Source of the DNA: Eledone cirrhosa
Taxonomy: Eukaryota
Assembly: GCA_964016885.1 (NCBI GenBank)
Contig: OZ024741.1
Location: forward strand, 211,358,001 to 211,422,000
Direction: 5' to 3'
Length of the DNA stretch: 64,000 nt
Shown here: in pieces, positions 1 to 15,758 of the stretch
Layout: each line of letters starts with the position of its first letter
Numbering within the stretch: position 1 is the first letter of the stretch
The notes under the pieces: generated by a model
The model's database searches: none
What the model was told of the DNA's origin: nothing
What the model saw: only the letters and a program-made list of their open reading frames with translations
Program-made: the position numbers and the translations under genes

Positions 1-3000
1 ATGTACATTTAAAATATAAAATATGCCATGGTGACAGACACTGTACAGTAGCCATGTACATTTAAAATATAAAATATGTCATGGTGACAGACACAATACA
101 GTAGCCATGTACATTTAACATATAAAATATGCCATGGTGACAGACACAGTACAGTAGCCATGTACATTTAAAATATGTCATGGTGACAGACACAGTACAG
201 TAGCCATGTACATTTAAAATATAAAATATCTCATGGTGACAGACACAGTACAGTAGCCATGTACATTTAACATATAAAATATGCCATGGTGACAGACACA
301 GTACAGTAGCCATGTACATTTAACATATAAAATATGTCATGGTGACAGACACTGTACAGTAGCCATGTACATTTAAAATATGTCATGGTGACAGACACTG
401 TACAGTAGCCATGTACATTTAAAATATGTCATGGTGACAGACACAGTACAGTAGCCATGTACATTTAAAATATGTCATGGTGACAGACACAGTACAGTAG
501 CCATGTACATTTAACATATAAAATATGTCATGGTGACAGACACAGTACAGTAGCCATGTACATTTAAAATATAAAATATCCATGGTGAAAGACACTGTAC
601 AGTAGCCATGTACATTTAAAATATGTCATGGTGACAGACACAGTACAGTAGCCATGTACATTTAAAATATAAAATATCCATGGTGACAGACACTGTACAG
701 TAGCCATGTACATTTAAAATATAAAATATGTCATGGTGACAGACACAGTGCAGTAGCCATGTACATTTAACATATAAAATATGTCATGGTGACAGACACT
801 GTACAGTAGCTATGTACATTTAAAATATGCCATGGTGACAGACACAATACAGTAGCCATGTACATTTAAAATATAAAATATGCCATGGTGACAGACACAG
901 TACAGTAGCCATGTGCATTTAACATATAAAATATCCATGGTGACAGACACTGTACAGTAGCCATGTACATTTAAAATATAAAATATGCCATGGTGACAGA
1001 CACTGTACAGTAGCCATGTACATTTAAAATATAAAATATGCCATGGTGACAGACACAGTACAGTAGCCATGTACATTTAAAATATGTCATGGTGACAGAC
1101 ACTGTACAGTAGCCATGTACATTTAAAATATGTCATGGTGACAGACACTGTACAGTGGCAATGTACATTTAAAATATGTCATGGTGACAGACACTGTACA
1201 GTAGCCATGTAGATTTAAAATATGTCATGGTGACAGACACTGTACAGTAGCAATGTTCATTTAAAATATGTCATGGTGACAGACACTGTACAGTAGCAAT
1301 GTTCATTTAAAATATGTCATGGTGACAGACACTGTACAGTGGCAATGTACATTTAAAATATGTCATGGTGACAGACACTGTACAGTAGCCATGTAGATTT
1401 AAAATATGTCATGGTGACAGACACTGTACAGTAGCAATGTTCATTTAAAATATGCCATGGTGACAGACACAGTACAGTAGCCATGTACATTTAAAATATG
1501 TCATGCTGACAGACACTGTACAGTAGCCATGTACATTTAAAATATGTCATGGTGACAGACACAGTACAGTAGCCATGTACATTTAAAATATGTCATGGTG
1601 ACAGACACTGTACAGTAGCCATGTACATTTAAAATATGTCATGGTGACAGACACAGTACAGTAGCCATGTACATTTAACATATAACATATGCCATGGTGA
1701 CAGACACTGTACAGTAGCCACGTAGATTTAACATATAAAATATGCCATGGTGACAGACACAGTACAGTAGCCATGTACATTTAACATATAAAATATGCCA
1801 TGGTGACAGACACAGTACAGTAGCCATGTACATTTAAAATATAAAATATGTCATGGTGACAGACACAGTACAGTAGCCATGTACATTTAACATATAACAT
1901 ATGCCATGGTGACAGACACAGTACAGTAGCCATGTACATTTAAAATATAAAATATGTCATGGTGACAGACACAGTACAGTAGCCATGTACATTTAAAATA
2001 TAAAATATGCCATGGTGACAGACACAGTACAGTAGCCATGTACATTTAAAATATGTCATGGTGACAGACACAGTACAGTAGCCATGTACATTTAACATAT
2101 AAAATATGCCATGGTGACAGACACAGTACAGTAGCCATGTACATTTAAAATATAAAATATGCCATGGTGACAGACACAGTACAGTAGCCATCTACATTTA
2201 AAATATGTCATGGTGACAGACACTGTACAGTAGCCATGTACATTTAAAATATGTCATGGTGACAGACACTGTACAGTAGCCATGTACATTTAACATATAA
2301 AATATGTCATGGTGACAGACACAGTACAGTAGCCATGTACATTTAAAATATAAAATATGCCATGGTGACAGACACAGTACAGTAGCCATGTACATTTAAA
2401 ATATGTCATGGTGACAGACACTGTACAGTAGCCATGTACATTTAAAATATGTCATGGTGACAGACACTGTACAGTAGCCATGTACATTTAACATATAAAA
2501 TATGCCATGGTGACAGACACAGTACAGTAGCCATGTACATTTAAAATATGTCATGGTGACAGACACTGTACAGTAGCCATGTACATTTAAAATATGTCAT
2601 GGTGACAGACACAGTACAGTAGCCATGTACATTTAACATATAAAATATGTCATGGTGACAGACACAGTACAGTAGCCATGTACATTTAACATATAAAATA
2701 TGCCATGGTGACAGACACTGTACAGTAGCCATGTACATTTAAAATATAAAATATGTCATGGTGACAGACACAGTACAGTAGCCATGTACATTTAAAATAT
2801 AAAATATGTCATGGTGACAGACACTGTACAGTAGCCATGTACATTTAAAATATAAAATATCCATGGTGACAGACACAATACAGTAGCCATGTACATTTAA
2901 CATATAAAATATGCCATGGTGACAGACACTGTACAGTAGCCATGTACATTTAACATATAAAATATGCCATGGTGACAGACACTGTACAGTAGCCATGTAC

Positions 3001-5392
3001 ATTTAAAATATAAAATATCCATGGTGACAGACACAATACAGTAGCCATGTACATTTAACATATAAAATATGCCATGGTGACAGACACTGTACAGTAGCCA
3101 TGTACATTTAAAATATAAAATATCCATGGTGACAGACACTGTACAGTAGCCATGTACATTTAACATATAAAATATGCCATGGTGACAGACACAGTACAGT
3201 AGCCATATACATTTAACATATAAAATATGCCATGGTGACAGACACAGTACAGTAGCCATGTACATTTAACATATAAAATATGCCATGGTGACAGACACAG
3301 TACAGTAGCCATGTACATTTAACATATAAAATATCCATGGTGACAGACACTGTACAGTAGCCATGTACATTTAACATATAAAATATCCATGGTGACAGAC
3401 ACTGTACAGTAGCCATGTACATTTAACATATAAAATATGCCATGGTGACAGACACAGTACAGTAGCCATGTACATTTAGCATATAAAATATGCCATGGTG
3501 ACAGACACAGTACAGTAGCCATGTACATTTAACATATAAAATATCCATGGTGACAGACACTGTACAGTAGCCATGTACATTTAAAATATAAAATATGTCA
3601 TGGTGACAGACACTGTACAGTAGCCATGTACATTTAACATATAAAATATGTCATGGTGACAGACACAGTACAGTAGCCATGTACATTTAAAATATGTCAT
3701 GGTGACAGACACAGTACAGTAGCCATGTACATTTAAAATATGTCATGGTGACAGACACTGTACAGTAGCCATGTACATTTAAAATATGTCATGGTGACAG
3801 ACACAGTACAGTAGCCATGTAGATTTAAAATATGTCATGGTGACAGACACTGTACAGTAGCCATGTTTATTTAAAATATGTCATGGTGACAGACACTGTA
3901 CAGTAGCCATGTAGATTTAAAATATGTCATGGTGACAGACACTGTACAGTAGCCATGTAGATTTAAAATATGTCATGGTGACAGACACTGTACAGTAGCC
4001 ATGTTCATTTAAAATATGTCATGGTGACAGACACAGTACAGTAGCCATGTACATTTAAAATATGTCATGGTGACGGACACAGTACAGTAGCCATGTACAT
4101 TTAAAATATGTCATGGTGACAGACACTGTACAGTAGCCATGTACATATAAAATATGTCATGGTGACAGACACTGTACAGTAGCCATGTAGATTTAAAATA
4201 TCCATGGTGACAGACACAGTACAGTAGCCATGTACATTTAAAATATAAAATATGTCATGGTGACAGACACTGTACAGTAGCCATGTACATTTAACATATA
4301 AAATATGTCATGGTGACAGACACTGTACAGTAGCCATGTACATTTAACATATAAAATATGTCATGGTGACAGACACTGTACAGTAGCCATGTACATTTAA
4401 AATATAAAATATGTCATGGTGACAGACACTGTACAGTAGCCATGTACATTTAAAATATCCATGGTGACAGACACTGTACAGTAGCCATGTACATTTAAAA
4501 TATAAAATATGTCATGGTGACAGACACTGTACAGTAGCCATGTACATTTAACATATAAAATATGTCATGGTGACAGACACTGTACAGTAGCCATGTACAT
4601 TTAAAATATCCATGGTGACAGACACTGTACAGTAGCCATGTACATTTAAAATATAAAATATGTCATGGTGACAGACACTGTACAGTAGCCATGTACATTT
4701 AACATATAAAATATGCCATGGTGACAGACACAGTACAGTAGCCATGTACATTTAACATATAAAATATGTCATGGTGACAGACACTGTACAGTAGCCATGT
4801 AGATTTAAAATATGTCATGGTGACAGGCACAGTACAATAGCTATGTACATTTAAAATATGCCATGGTGACAGACACAGTACAGTAGTTATGTACATTTAA
4901 AATATGTCATGGTGACAGACACTGTACACTAGCCATGTTCATTTAAAATATGTCATGGTGACAGACACTGTACAGTAGCAATGTACATTTAAAATATGCC
5001 ATGGTGACAGACACTGTACAGTAGCAATGTACATTTAAAATATAAAATATGTCATGGTGACAGACACTGTACAGTAGCTATGTACATTTAAAATATGCCA
5101 TGGTGACAGACACTGTACAGTAGCCATGTACATTTAAAATATAAAATATGTCATGGTGACAGACACTGTACAGTAGCCATGTACATTTAAAATATGTTAT
5201 GGTGACAGACACTGTACAATAGCCATGTACATTTAAAATATGCCATGGTGACAGACACTGTACAGTAGCCATGTACATTTAAAATATAAAATATGTCATG
5301 GTGACAGACACTGTACAGTAGCCATGTACATTTAAAATATGTCATGGTGACAGACACTGTACAGTAGCCATGTTCATTTAAAATATGTTATG
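1..5392. repeat. Tandem satellite with 46-bp and 53-bp monomers
   Basis: Unit ATGTACATTT(AAAATAT|AACATAT)AAAATATG(C/T)CATGGTGACAGACAC(A/T)GTACAGTAGCC repeated head-to-tail, with the 7-bp block optional; roughly 105-110 units by length; runs off the window start. Confidence 0.97.
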
Positions 5393-5925
5393 TTTATGGA
5401 AGTTATGTAGTAAAGTAATCAACATTAAAAATACAATACGGTTGCAGGAGATATGTAGTGGTGTGGGTGACAGCTCATCCCTATGCATGTTTAGCTGGCC
5501 TCGAGAAAGGTATATCTCGTTGGTGGTATCTTTAGTGATTTAATGATAGGGACCCCAGTCCTATCATGTGTCCAACCCCATTTAATTCCGCTGCAAATTT
5601 TTCCGAAATAGGATCACTTCGAAATTAATCTTATTTAATTATTCACTGATATACCAGAGATATTGCGTCTATGTGAGAATAAATATGTAACATTAAGATT
5701 TTAGTGTTTGTTGCCCTCAACGTATTGAAGATCGCAGGCTAGCAAAGGACCGGTTATTCTCCGATAGGTTTTCCGTTTAATCCATGGCGGTGGAAACATT
5801 CAGCGTTTTGGGTGTCCGAAACACCGAAACATCTCACTACTCCCTGCAACTCAGACGGTGCCCACTCACCAGAACAAAACAGCCTCACGAACTGGGGCGT
5901 CTTCTCCAGGGCGTCTCTCTCGCTA

Positions 5926-8420
<2,495 letters not shown>

Positions 8421-8947
8421 GAGGGGGAGAGTATTTTATTTAAACCAAACTGGAAACGAAAGAAAAATAATATTTTTCCATTTTTCTTTTTCAATATTTC
8501 TTGCTTATAAATTCGCCATTTCTCATTCATAAGGCAGTGAAATCATAAATAATAGAACATGCAACCAGTTTTATGCCATATTTTAGTCATTGTCCTTACT
8601 TTGTTGACATTAAACTTGTTTTATTTCCAAGATGGGACCAGAACATGAAAGAGTGATGAGAGAAATGTTTAGTTTAAAAATTATAATACCAAACCAACAA
8701 ATGCAGCGTTCTTTTGACATTATTGTAGGTTGAAGCGAATGATTCAACGTGATGGTCATGGAAATGAATCAATGAGTCATGATTTACTTTGTGTCCTTTT
8801 AAAAGGATATATGTTTTTTTTTATTAAATAACTATAATGAATGTGACATTACGCATAGCAGCCACAAACATGACATGCTTGTATGTATATATATATATAT
8901 ATATTTGTTTTGCGAGTTTTTTTATATGAAATCGTGTGTCGAAACAA

Positions 8948-9305
8948 ATATTGTTATACTTGGGGAGAGTCATATTGTTGTAATAATATTGTCAGAAATA
9001 ATAACAGAACACACTCATTGTTTGGTTTGTTTTCGCTTCTGTATCTTTTATATCTCCACAGTTAATTCATTTGGTCCTCAATGTTTATCATTGACTGACC
9101 AACGGTGAAAAATACAGATATCAATATAGATATAAACACATATATATAGTCTAACAAAGTTCTTTCGTTGAACATCTGCAACATCATCAGTGGTGCTATT
9201 ATGTTCCTCCTGTTGTATTGTATGCATACGCCCAACCAAACAGTCAGTGTTTTCTGTTATTATTTCTGGCAATATTATTACAACAATATGACCCTCCCCA
9301 AGTAT

Positions 9306-9313
<8 letters not shown>
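8948..9313. mobile_element. Small element with ~80-bp inverted ends and a degenerate hammerhead core
   Basis: 8948-9027 is the reverse complement of 9234-9313; minus strand CTGATGA-t-GTTG..CAAC-GAAA at 9151-9196; abuts (TA)n. Confidence 0.6.
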
Positions 9314-9399
<86 letters not shown>

Positions 9400-9618
9400 T
9401 GGTGTTCTAAAATAGATATGTATACACACACACACACATATATATATATATATTGGAAAAGTAAATAACAACGAGTACAGTTACGAAAGGTTCTATATAT
9501 ATATATATACATAGATACGTACATATATGTATACATACACACGCACACATATACATATATATACATATATATATATATATACTCCTCCTTTGTTATATAT
9601 ATATATACTCCTCCTTTG

Positions 9619-9692
<74 letters not shown>

Positions 9693-9695
<3 letters not shown>

Positions 9696-10677
9696 AAGAA
9701 GTAAACTTCCAGTCCGCTTGCTCTAGAAGTCTTATATATTTATATGTGAGCTGATAGAGTACAGTCTAAGGATTTACAGAAACCCAAGAAGCTAGATTTA
9801 ACACCTTTCTAGTGGGTCCGGGTATGATTTTACATTCATTTAAATTATTGATGTATTGATTTATTGATATTTTTTATCTGATTGTCCCGAATCTTCTATT
9901 ATCGAATTTTTATCGTATGGTTGATTTTAGACTTGTTCTATGTGTGACGGTATTTTAACGATAGTTATAGCTCTGATTCATCTGAATTATTGAGCCCTCT
10001 GCCGCTCATTTCGAATTTTGTTTATCGTGAACTCGTGCGCCGATTTTTCGATACTCGATCATTCTAATATTTTTAGCTCTGGACATAGCTATCCACCAGT
10101 TAATTTTATTGCTCATTTTTTGTCGATTCTATTGAGTGATGAATAGCTCCTGTTTTATTTTAACATGTCTATTGAGCACTTTTATTCGATATGTGTATTT
10201 CCACATTTCCTCGAATAGTTTTCGCGGTTGTAGAGGTTATCTCCCTTGCCGGATTCCATGTGCGTATTTTGCTTGTAGTTAGCCTCTTATCCGCTAGGAC
10301 GAAGCTCGTTGAAGAAGTAAACTTCCAGTCCGCTTGCTCTAGAAGTCTTATATATTTATATGTGAGCTGATAGAGTACAGTCTAAGGATTTACAGAAACC
10401 CAAGAAGCTAGATTTAACACCTTTCTAGTGGGTCCGGGTATGATTTTACATTCATTTAAATTATTGATGTATTGATTTATTGATATTTTTTATCTGATTG
10501 TCCCGAATCTTCTATTATCGATTTTTTATCGTATGGTTGATTTTAGACTTGTTCTATGTGTGACGGTATTTTAACGATAGTTATAGCTCTGATTCATCTG
10601 AATTATTGAGCCCTCTGCCGCTCATTTCGAATTTTGTTTATCGTGAACTCGTGCGCCGATTTTTCGATACTCGATCA

Positions 10678-10686
<9 letters not shown>
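9693..10686. repeat. Near-identical direct repeat (~378 bp, period 616 bp) between (TA)n tracts
   Basis: 9693-10070 recurs at 10309-10686 with about one visible mismatch. Confidence 0.9.
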
Positions 10687-10754
<68 letters not shown>

Positions 10755-10755
<1 letters not shown>

Positions 10756-11850
10756 TAATCCCCTCTGGCTTCTCAACATTCTCTACCAGACGTTTTGTTT
10801 TAGTCTCAGCCCCACACTCATCGACACAGTCTCAACCTCCTACATCAATTCCTCTGCCTCCTTCACTGTATTTGTCACCAAGACTATGTCGTCGGCAAAT
10901 TCACCATCCGATATCTTTTTCGCCTTAACTCTCCTGCTCTGAGCCGGTGTTACAGTAAACCCAGAGTCCTGGTGTTTCTCCAGTGCAAGGCGCATACAAT
11001 GCTGAAAAGGTAGGGAGCCAATGTATCTCCATGGAGCACTCCAGCCAGTATCTCAAAGAACTCTGTCATTCCATCAGGTGTAATGACTTGGGCTTTGGTG
11101 TTGGTGTAGAGCAGTGATATCAGGTCCTCTATCTTCTTGGATATTCCATAAGCCTGTAAGATCTTCATCAGGCAGTGACGGTCCACAGAATCAAAGGCCT
11201 TCCTATAGTTAATGACAACCATGACCGCAGGAAGACACTTTGATCTAGCTCCCTCTAATATCCTCCACAGCATCAGTCGCTGGAATTAGTTGAGGACTTC
11301 CTGTATTTGTGAGCAGATATTGGGAACACGGAAGATGATGTGATCGAGAGGAAGAGCAAAGCCTGGGCGGCGTGCCACAGTTTGAGATCGGTGTGGAAGT
11401 CAGACCTTGTAAAGACCTGAAGATCCGTCTCTGTTTCTGTAGTGGAGTCTGTGCTGTTGTACGGGTCTGAGACTTGGACACTGACCAAGAAACTCACTCA
11501 GATGGTGGATGGGTGCTACATGAGAATGTTGAGGATGGCTCTGAACATTAATCAAAATACACTGAGGATGAAGCACTCAGAGCTGTACGGGAGCCTCCCA
11601 AAAGTCAGCTCGAAAGTGACACAGAGGAGACTGAGGTTAGCTGGACATGCTCACCGACATACTGCACTCAGCGCTCCTGTGGGAGCCCCTGCAGGGACAC
11701 ACTGGAAGAGGAAGACCGAGTTTGACATATGTTGATGCCCTAAGGACAGACATTGGTCTCTTGGAAAGCAGGACATGGCAGCGATAATGAGGGACAGAGA
11801 CCGCTGGAGAGAACTCGTCCATGGGTCTCGGGAATTTTATCCGCCCTAAA
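10755..11850. mobile_element. RTE-like non-LTR retrotransposon, 5'-truncated with 5' inversion
   Basis: Minus 11273->10755: RT motifs KAFDSVDR, GVLHGDTLAPYLF, FADD. Plus from 11274: continuation LELVEDFLYL..., VLLYGSETWTLT, RRLRLAGH. Stops and frameshifts present. Confidence 0.88.
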
Positions 11851-12691
11851 CACATCTACACTTAACGTAAATACTGAGGAAGATTCAGTCCGACACAGTA
11901 TGTGACAAGATTGATCCATTGAATTAGAGGTACAGTCTATCACCTAGCCTTCTAAACAGTTTCCGTCTATCGGATTTTACTCACAATACTCGAGTCTAAC
12001 TAAAGCTAGAGTAAATGAAACTGGCCCAAAATGTCATGCAATGAGATCGAAGTCAGTGTCTAGTGATTGGTATTGGTATGGACATCTAACTTCCAAGGCT
12101 CTCATAGAAACACCATACTGTCATACGGCGTACCTAGGATATTGTAAAACCGTGGCAGAGTCCATGTTCTCTCCAGGTTTGAATGCATTACATTTCTTCA
12201 AGAGAAGGTTTAAAGTGAGAGGAAGGAAGTAAGAAAGAGATATAGAGGAAGAATAGACACAGTACTTGACTGGTACTTTTTCTTACCAACCTCAAATGAA
12301 TAAAAGGCGAAGTTTACTTTGGTGAGATTTGAACTCAGAGAGCAGAGAGCCGGAACGAATAGCATAAACTATTCTATCTGACGTTCTAACTAATCTACCA
12401 ATTCGCCGCTTTGTGATTACCAAGTGAATTTCTCACTCACACTGCAATGCCGGTGTCAGTCAATTATGTAGTTCACTATTGTACAGCCTTACAAAATGTC
12501 CGCCTCATCTCCTCTCCATTGATGACGTAAAAGCTGTAATTATGAAACGATATCTCACATGGCTATTTCATATTGCTTAGTCAGCCATGTGCAATAAAGC
12601 GTCTATCATTCTCTCACACACATACATACATACACAGAGAAACACACACACATACATACAGAAACACAGACACACACACATATATAAGTGC

Positions 12692-12767
<76 letters not shown>

Positions 12768-12846
12768 ATGTATGTATGTATGTATGTATGTATGTATGTA
12801 TGTATGTATGTATGTATACATATATGTACACACACACAGACATATG

Positions 12847-12918
<72 letters not shown>

Positions 12919-13235
12919 CCTATATTCATACATGCATGTATATATGTATATATAAATATATGTATATATGTGTGCGTGCATGTGCATGTGTACGTGTGTA
13001 TGTATGTACCTGTATATGTGTGTATACGTGTATATCTGTTTGTATATGCGTGAGTGTAGATGTGTAATGAGCAGTGAGAATGTGTAATTACCGTTTAAAT
13101 AGTCGTGAACAGAAACTCTCTAGTTAAATATTCATTTGTAAGTTGTAGGTAGAGAGTTCCGTTTGTAATATATATATGTAGGATAACATCATAGAGCAAA
13201 TATTAGTTATTGCTGTTTTTACTGTTGTTACTGTT

Positions 13236-14390
13236 GTTGTAGTGGTCGCTTTCGTTGTTGTGGTTGTTGATGTTGTTGTAGTGGTCACTTTTGTTGTTGT
13301 GGTTGTTGATGTTGTTGTAGTGGTCGCTTTTGTTGTTGTGGTTGTTGATGTTGTTGTAATGGTCACTTTTGTTGTTGTGATTGTTGATGTTGTTGTAGTG
13401 GTCACATTTGTTGCTGTGGTTGTTGATGTTGTTGTAGTGGTCACTTTTGTTGTTGTGGTTGTTGATGTTGTTGTAGTGGTCACATTTGTTGTTGTGGTTG
13501 TTGATGTTGTTGTAGTGGTCGCTTTTGTTGTTTGTGGTTGTTGATGTTGTTGTAGTGGTCACTTTTGTTGTTGTGGTTGTTGATGTTGTTGTAGTGGTCA
13601 CTTTTGTTGTTGTGGTTGTTGATGTTGTTGTAGTGGTCACTTTTGTTGTTGTGGTTGTTGATGTTGTTGTAGTGGTCGCTTTTGTTGTTGTGGTTGTTGA
13701 TGTTGTTGTAATGGTCACTTTTGTTGTTGTGATTGTTGATGTTGTTGTAGTGGTCACATTTGTTGCTGTGGTTGTTGATGTTGTTGTAGTGGTCACTTTT
13801 GTTGTTGTGGTTGTTGATGTTGTTGTAGTGGTCACATTTGTTGTTGTGGTTGTTGATGTTGTTGTAGTGGTCGCTTTTGTTGTTTGTGGTTGTTGATGTT
13901 GTTGTAGTGGTCACTTTTGTTGTTGTGGTTGTTGATGTTGTTGTAGTGGTCACTTTTGTTGTTGTGGTTGTTGATGTTGTTGTAGTGGTCACTTTTGTTG
14001 TTGTGGTTGTTGATGTTGTTGTAGTGGTCGCTTTTGTTGTTGTGGTTGTTGATGTTGTTGTAATGGTCACTTTTGTTGTTGTGATTGTTGATGTTGTTGT
14101 AGTGGTCACATTTGTTGCTGTGGTTGTTGATGTTGTTGTAGTGGTCACTTTTGTTGTTGTGGTTGTTGATGTTGTTGTAGTGGTCTCTTTTGGTGTTGTG
14201 GTTGTTGATGTTGTTGTAGTGGTCACTTTTGGTGTTGATGTGACCCTGAACATTGCTGTTGTTGTTGCTGTTGTGGTGGTCACTTTTAATGTTGTTCAAT
14301 TTGTTGATTTTGCGTGGTCACTTTTGGTGTTGTTGATGCTGTTGATGTTGTTGTAGTGGTCACTTTTAATGTTGTTGTGGTTGTTGATAT
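13236..14390. repeat. 39-bp GTT-rich minisatellite with 352-bp higher-order period
   Basis: Unit GTAGTGGTCACTTTTGTTGTTGTGGTTGTTGATGTTGTT; variant units and a 1-nt insertion recur at 352-bp offsets (ORF starts 13483/13835, 13525/13877). Confidence 0.92.
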
Positions 14391-14569
14391 TTTATAAAAT
14401 AAAAAAACCCTCCCCACAAAGCTTGGTTGGGTTGTTGGTTTAGTCACCGACGATCCGACCATGAGCCGGTTGTACTTGGTTACATGTTACCAGAAGCGCT
14501 CAAGAGCACCCAGACATTAAATAAGCGTTGCTGATAATGGGGAAATGTCTTGAAAGACATTATTTATGG

Positions 14570-15180
14570 ATTCGCAGTATCAGTAAAGGGTCGGACGCCA
14601 TCCTTTGCAGTATATAGTTACGGCCCTTACGATCTGAGTTCCAATCCCGCGAGGTTATCTTTGACTTTCATCCTTTCCGGGTCGATAACATAAAGCACCA
14701 GTAATACACTGGAGTAATTGTTGGCCTTGTGCCAAAAGTAGAAACAATTATTTATACACCACTTTTACTGATGTAGTTGGGTAATGATTGATCACAGCTT
14801 AAAATACATAAATATATTCAACAACAGAAACTTCTAGCTGTTTTACTGCTTCCCATGTTTCCACTTTTCTTTTTCATTTTCTTATGACATAATCTGTCTC
14901 CTATTGGCCTGCAATATTTGAAATTTTATTTTTATTTTATATTATCATTTAACCTTTTTAATTTCTTTTTTATTATTATTAATTAGGGCGGTGGATTGTC
15001 AGTATCGGTAGAGGGTCGGACGCCATGCTTTGCAGCAAAGAGTTACGGCCCTTTTTGATCTGAGTTCAAATCCCGTCGAGGTTAACTTTGCCTTTCATCC
15101 TTACGGGGTCGATAAAATAAAGCACTAGTAATACACTGGAGTAATTGTTGGCATTGTGCAAAATGTAGAAACAATTATTA
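14570..15180 (+). mobile_element. Two tRNA-derived SINE copies (about 14570-14750 and 14986-15180)
   Basis: tRNA-like head GGCGGTGGATTGGCAGTATCGGTAGAG...GAGTTCAAATCCCG, core GCCTTTCATCCTTACGGGGTCGATAAAATAAAG (resembles the Meta-SINE domain), tail GGCCTTGTGCCAAAAGTAGAAACAATTATT. Confidence 0.85.
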
Positions 15181-15309
15181 TTACTTACTTGTCTCACTAG
15201 CTCTTTATGATTATCAAGTGTAAGGAGTACTCAATACTTCCCTAGTCTGTCATGGCTTACTAGCTCTATACGGACGTTTGAATTGAATGAATATATAACT
15301 AAATAAATA

Positions 15310-15481
15310 CTGTAGTTCTCGGCGTCGAAGACGCTACTATTTTTTCCTAAAATACGTCCCAAAAAATCTACCATGCGTCCTGTAGGCCAAATGTTGTTTA
15401 TTATTTTTTTTTCAAATTATTGGTTGTCAAAATTAGGGTTCGTCCTCCAGGACGAATCGTCTTCGGCACCGCGATATACGA
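15310..15481. mobile_element. Probable Tc1/pogo-type MITE remnant
   Basis: Imperfect TIRs CTGTAGTTCTCGGCGTCGAAGACG / CGTCTTCGGCACCGCGATATACGA flanked by TA. Confidence 0.45.
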
Positions 15482-15715
15482 TATATATATATATATATAT
15501 ATATAGATATAAGTATGTATACGTACATACATATATGTATACAGACGTACAGTAGTATGTATATATATATACATACATGCACACATATATATATGTACGT
15601 ATGGATTTACCGAACATTTATTATAATGCTCGGTTTGTTTGCAAACAAACATCCCGAATTACCCATACAGTGTTTAGCAACCATCGTTGCCCTTTTGTTC
15701 AACACTGACAAAGGA

Positions 15716-15758
15716 ACGATGTACTAGTTTCAAGCTTATTAGCTATCGTCAGCACCGT
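15716..15758 (-). ncRNA. Minimal type I hammerhead ribozyme
   Basis: ACGGUG-CUGACGA-U-AGCU-AAUA-AGCU-U-GAAA-CUAG-UA/CAUCGU: 6-bp stem I, palindromic stem III ACUAGU, GUA cleavage triplet. Confidence 0.8.

Noticed and set aside
1-5392. CRISPR-like array or repeat-protein ORFs (MYMATVLCLSPW...)
   Set aside because: No unique spacers and no cas genes; the 46/53-bp units are not multiples of 3, so the ORFs are by-products.
12524-12572. Hammerhead-like TTGATGA..GAAACGATATCTC
   Set aside because: All three stems need bulges or mismatches; too degenerate to call.
13124-14356. Mucin-like Thr-rich CDS
   Set aside because: Periodic frameshifts and no splice signals or flanking domains seen.
14986-15080. 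tRNA genes in SINE heads
   Set aside because: A and B boxes continue into SINE core and tail sequence; no complete cloverleaf.
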